Assembly: GCA_031835245.2 (NCBI GenBank)
Contig: JAVKOQ020000009.1
Span: 186,001-250,000 of the forward strand
DNA: 64,000 bases
Direction of reading: 5' to 3'
From: Balamuthia mandrillaris
Lineage: Eukaryota
The notes under the pieces were generated by a model. That model was given only the letters and a program-made list of their open reading frames with translations. It did not search any database and was not told the origin of the DNA. The position numbers were made by a program, and so were the translations under genes. Position 1 is the first letter of the stretch, and the number at the start of each line of letters is the position of its first letter. Positions 60,137 to 64,000 of the stretch are shown one piece after another.

Positions 60137-61834
60137 TTAACTCTTACTTGTTCTTGGTTGTTCAAAGAACTCGGTGATGAGTGGATGGTCATTTGGAGTT
60201 TTATCTAAAATGCCCTGAGCCACCCTGACATGCAACATGTGAGCCAAGCTCGTATTTAGGAGTGTTGGTATATCCTCCTCGGTCGCCTCTTCGTTGAAAT
60301 GGAGATAAGGTTGCAACGTTCCATTCACAAAGAATAGGCTTTTGCCGTAAACCTCCAATGGTACGTTGTGCATCCGCCGGGCGGTCTCCATGCCGTTCAT
60401 CCGCATCATCTTGTTCAGGAATGGACCCAACGCGGGCTCCTCCTCCCAGGCCTTGGTCTGCCGCATGAGCATGAGTTTTGGTATGTAAAGACCTCCCCTC
60501 CTGGTCTGCTCCATCTCGTTTTTCAGTTGCACAATCCATCGTTTCACATCAACACGGTGATGGGGGTTGACGCTGCTGCTGTCCCGCGAGAAGAGTTGAA
60601 TGTACTCATCCATGTCCAAAGAGAAAGCGTACTGGCAGTGGCTCTGCCACCGAAGGAAGGCGTCCCAGTTCATGGCGTGCAGCATGTGCTCGTAGGTGTG
60701 CCAGGATGGAGGTAGATCCGTCTCTACTAGTATCACCCTGTCCGCCATATTCTGTGACGAAGCTGAAGTAGAATAAACCTGAGCCAAGTGTCGGCGAATT
60801 TTGGCAGCAGATAGGGGTCCTTCTTTGTCAACCGGGTCATCGTCTTCGATGTAATCATGCTTCTTTGGGTTGTCGCCAACAAAGAGGTTGACCATCACCC
60901 AGTCCACTCCTACCACGTCGAACATCCATTGAAGCCACACGTGGTCGTCCTTCAACCACGAATACTTCTTCACCACAAAAGCACACACCTCTCCCACATC
61001 TCTTTCTTCTTCCTCTGTCGCTCGTTCTATGGCCATTTCCTTATTCTCATCACTCCAAAAAGGCGCGTTCGCAAAGAACGGACGAGAACTTTTGGTAGGT
61101 TTGTCAATGTCCGGAAGAACTTTCATTGGTCTCAGGAAGTGAAGTACTTCTCTAACTGGAAAGAGAACCACCTCTCCCACCACATGAATGGCGAATGCTG
61201 CATACCGACATTTACTTGCCTCATCCTGTCTATCACAAATGTAGGCAGACGGGGAAGAAAGGTCGGTAAAGGCGCAGCGAATGATGAGGTCCAAATGTTT
61301 CACCTTCTGTCGTCGTCTATAACTGAAGTTTCTGGGTTGTTGGGCGTGACAGCGTTCCGCTGCTTGTTTGTTCGCTCGGAAGGCAGAAGAAGAAGAAGCA
61401 TAAGTCCACAGTTCAACGGTTGAAAAGAAGCTGAGAACAGGTTTTAAGGCGAGTGAGGCGTCTATGGTTGCATGGAACTGAAAGATGCTTTTGTTCCCTT
61501 CGATGTCAGCAAAGGTGAGCGGAATGGCAGATGAAGGGAGTTGATGGGCCGGAGGGAAGCTGCGATGGTCTTGAGAGGCGGAGACGACGTGAAAGAGCCC
61601 GTTCAAGGTGCGATGGCGCTCCCATGAAATGCGAAAGAAGGAAGTAGGCACGTTTGTTTGCTCTTTCCGTTGTGTAATGATGCTATGGTTGCCCGGTTTC
61701 GGCGGCAGCGGAAAAGAAACAGAAGAAGTAAACGAGGAGAGGTAGAAAAGAGAACCGAGGCCGCAAAAGACTGTGACGAAAAGGAACAGCAAAAAGTGGC
61801 GTTGCCGTGGCCGCTGCCGGGGTTGTGGCAGCAT
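60137..61834 (-). CDS. Type II membrane GT-A-fold glycosyltransferase-like protein (GT92/DUF23-like), intronless
   Basis: Basic N-terminal tail plus one TM segment; WLQWMFDVVGVDWVMVN; NWDAFLRWQSHCQYAFSLDMDEYI (DxDE motif); YGKSLF. Confidence 0.7.
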   Translation of the reverse strand: MLPQPRQRPRQRHFLLFLFVTVFCGLGSLFYLSSFTSSVSFPLPPKPGNHSIITQRKEQTNVPTSFFRISWERHRTLNGLFHVVSASQDHRSFPPAHQLPSSAIPLTFADIEGNKSIFQFHATIDASLALKPVLSFFSTVELWTYASSSSAFRANKQAAERCHAQQPRNFSYRRRQKVKHLDLIIRCAFTDLSSPSAYICDRQDEASKCRYAAFAIHVVGEVVLFPVREVLHFLRPMKVLPDIDKPTKSSRPFFANAPFWSDENKEMAIERATEEEERDVGEVCAFVVKKYSWLKDDHVWLQWMFDVVGVDWVMVNLFVGDNPKKHDYIEDDDPVDKEGPLSAAKIRRHLAQVYSTSASSQNMADRVILVETDLPPSWHTYEHMLHAMNWDAFLRWQSHCQYAFSLDMDEYIQLFSRDSSSVNPHHRVDVKRWIVQLKNEMEQTRRGGLYIPKLMLMRQTKAWEEEPALGPFLNKMMRMNGMETARRMHNVPLEVYGKSLFFVNGTLQPYLHFNEEATEEDIPTLLNTSLAHMLHVRVAQGILDKTPNDHPLITEFFEQPRTSKS

Positions 61835-62033
61835 CACGCAACACCTCCTCCGGTTTTGGCTTTTAGATGTATTTCACGAGTAGATCTAATTAATAAAATC
61901 TGATGAAAATTAAGGCCTTTAAAGCAACAACAATCGTGATAAAAACAAACTAATCGATAAACAAGAATGAATCGAAAATAATCGGTGGATGAGGTTTTTT
62001 GTAGACAAAAGAAAAAAAAAAGGAGGAAGATCA

Positions 62034-63656
62034 TCACTTGGGTTGGGGAGGCTGGTAAGGGGTGAGCAACATTTGGGAGAAAGCGCGAAGGGACTCCACC
62101 CCGCGAATCTCCTCCTTTTGCAAGGGAAGCCTCACCACGTGGAAGTCCTCGTAGAGGTCATAGATCTGCTCTATATACTTGGATTGCATCCGTGAACGAG
62201 CAATACAAAGGTCACAATCCTCTGCGATAGGTCATTGGCAAGTGAGAAACGCGTTTTTGTTTAAAGAAAAAAAACAAAAGTATTGAAAAGAAGAGGAAGA
62301 GAGAGAGAAAGAGAGAGAAAGAGAGAGAGAAAGTGAAAGAGGGAGGGAGAGAGGGAGAGAAGCAATAGAACAGCATAATTACTTTTCTCAGGAAAGAGGA
62401 CTTGGTTGATGATGATGTTTTGCGTGTCGATTTCAAACTTGTTCAGCTCCTGAACAAGACGTTCTGTTTCATAGAGGGACAAAAACTCAGGAATACAGAC
62501 GCAAATGAATGTTGTCATGTCCTAATTAAAAAATAACGCGTAAGAACATAGAAACATTTTCTTGTAGAAATGAGAAAGCAACAAAGAGGAAAGAGAGGAA
62601 AACATACAGGATTCTTAAATTGGGTGTTCACTTCCTCGATGATCTTCTTTGTTTGTTCCATCTTGCCGGTCATGAGTTCCTCACTATCGCCCATGTTGAA
62701 CATTGATGTTATCTGGTTTTATGTAAAAGTTAGAAAATAGCAAACCCAAGGTTACAAACGAACGAAATGGACAGGAACAAAAGCAAGATAGAGAGAGGAA
62801 GATATAAGTGGCAAGAAGAAGAGAGAAGGCAAAAATTTGAAGGACCAACCTGTTGGAAGAGGCCGCCAAATTTGGACTTGAGGGACATGAGCTTGCCAAT
62901 TCCTTTCTCCAACAAGCTGGGGAAAGATAACAAGCGCAGCGTATGGCCAGTTGGCGCTGTGTCGAACACAATCACGGAAAACTTCATGCTTTGTACCAAT
63001 CTAACAGTGGTGTTTAAAAGAAATAAGAGGGAGCAAAGAACACAGTCTGAGGGAACGAAGAAGAAGAGGGAAGGGAACAGAAAGAAGTGGGGAAAGGAAA
63101 GGGAGCACTTACTTCATTACTTCAGCAAAGCCCATGGCCTCGTCAATGCCAGGCAAGGAGTTTGTGAGCTCCTCCAACATGGCGCTGCCTGCCTGTACAC
63201 CCAACATAGACTCCAGCTCTTCCGACTCCACAGTTGGATCGATTTCCTGTCGTTTTTTATTTTCCACAGGAAAGTGACAAAGAGAAAGAGAAGTAGAAAA
63301 GAGAAAAGAGAAAAGAGGAGGGAGAGGAAGAGCGTTAGTGAAAGGAAATCAGATTGAAAAAAAAAACGCACCATTGCAAAGAGGTTATCAAAGCCATGCA
63401 CAGCAGTGGGCTCCTTGGTGAACTTCTGTCCAAAGGCGTCGCTGAGGTTGTGAGCAGGGTCCGTGGAGATGATCAGCACAGACTCCCTGCGCTTGGCCAG
63501 CTGCACGGCCACGCTACAGCTGCACGTGGTCTTTCCCACGCCTCCTTTGCCCCCCACAAAGATCCATTTGAGTGACTCCTTCTCCACCAGGTTCACCAAC
63601 GTGGGCTCAAGCTCTTCGAAATCAGAGTCTTCTGCATCGAGTTGTGGCTTCTCCAT
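62034..63656 (-). CDS. GET3: GET3/ASNA1/TRC40 tail-anchored protein targeting ATPase
   Basis: [74 protein letters not shown] (CxxC), EEIRG. Confidence 0.97.
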
Positions 63657-63910
63657 TTTTTTGATTTATTTTTTTTTCTACTCGCTTCTCTCTCCTCTCT
63701 CCTCTCTCTTGTGCGCTTCGTTCGTTGCTTGTATTTTTAGTCGACCCAAACATTTTTTGTAGACCAACAACCGATGACGTGTTGGCTTTCGAGGTCAAAT
63801 TCATCTGCAGGTCTGAAGGATTCGTGCTGTTTTTTGAGGGGAATTTTTTTTGAAAAATGGTTGGACAGAAAGAGATCGCTAACACACAAGTGTTAGTTGA
63901 ACGGTAAAAC

Positions 63911-64000
63911 ATGTTTGGGCGAGTTCTTCTTCCAGTACCTCCCCGAAGGCCGGGCTTTGTTCGTTCGAGAAGGTTGTCTTACGATGAAGGAGTGACTTGT
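63911..64000 (+). CDS. Possible start of the next gene (Arg-rich, presequence-like), truncated by the window end
   Basis: ATG at 63911, open to the end of the window (MFGRVLLPVPPRRPGFVRSRRLSYDEG); divergent from GET3. Confidence 0.3.
   Translation, partial: MFGRVLLPVPPRRPGFVRSRRLSYDEGVTC

Overview
This is eukaryotic nuclear DNA, not prokaryotic. It is gene-dense (about 21 genes in 64 kb), with short spliceosomal introns (donors often GTACGT/GTATGT/GTTTGT) and abundant GA/CT, AAAG and AAGAAC microsatellites. The style suggests a free-living amoebozoan such as an Acanthamoeba/Balamuthia relative; this is inference only. Genes in order: RBM26/27-like RNA-binding protein (5' truncated), cysteinyl-tRNA synthetase, DA2/GW2/Sip5-type RING protein, SLC35B1-type nucleotide-sugar transporter, flavin-reductase-like protein, TKL kinase, a divergent Uba1-type E1, a WD40 protein, a PTB/hnRNP-L-like RRM protein, an F-BAR/2xSH3 protein, tRNA-Asn(GTT), a BACK+SPRY protein, an atypical cytochrome P450, fucokinase/GDP-fucose pyrophosphorylase, an ABCB half-transporter, MALSU1/RsfS, an ANK-fascin-TBC protein, SETD9-like, a small HicB-like ORF, a GT92-like protein and GET3. 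The most notable observations are: (1) a clear AT-AC U12 minor-spliceosome intron in the E1 gene; (2) a HicB-like ORF coupled by an ATGA overlap to an upstream ORF, inside an intronless block; (3) four tRNA T-arm/B-box-like units at about 65-bp spacing upstream of the CysRS gene; (4) a recurrent intergenic TGTCGACA palindrome that also marks a probable internal promoter in a kinase intron; (5) a TBC protein with unusual architecture and altered catalytic fingers; (6) a P450 lacking the I-helix Thr; (7) a U1-A72 tRNA-Asn. Exon boundaries and family calls were made by eye, without database searches.
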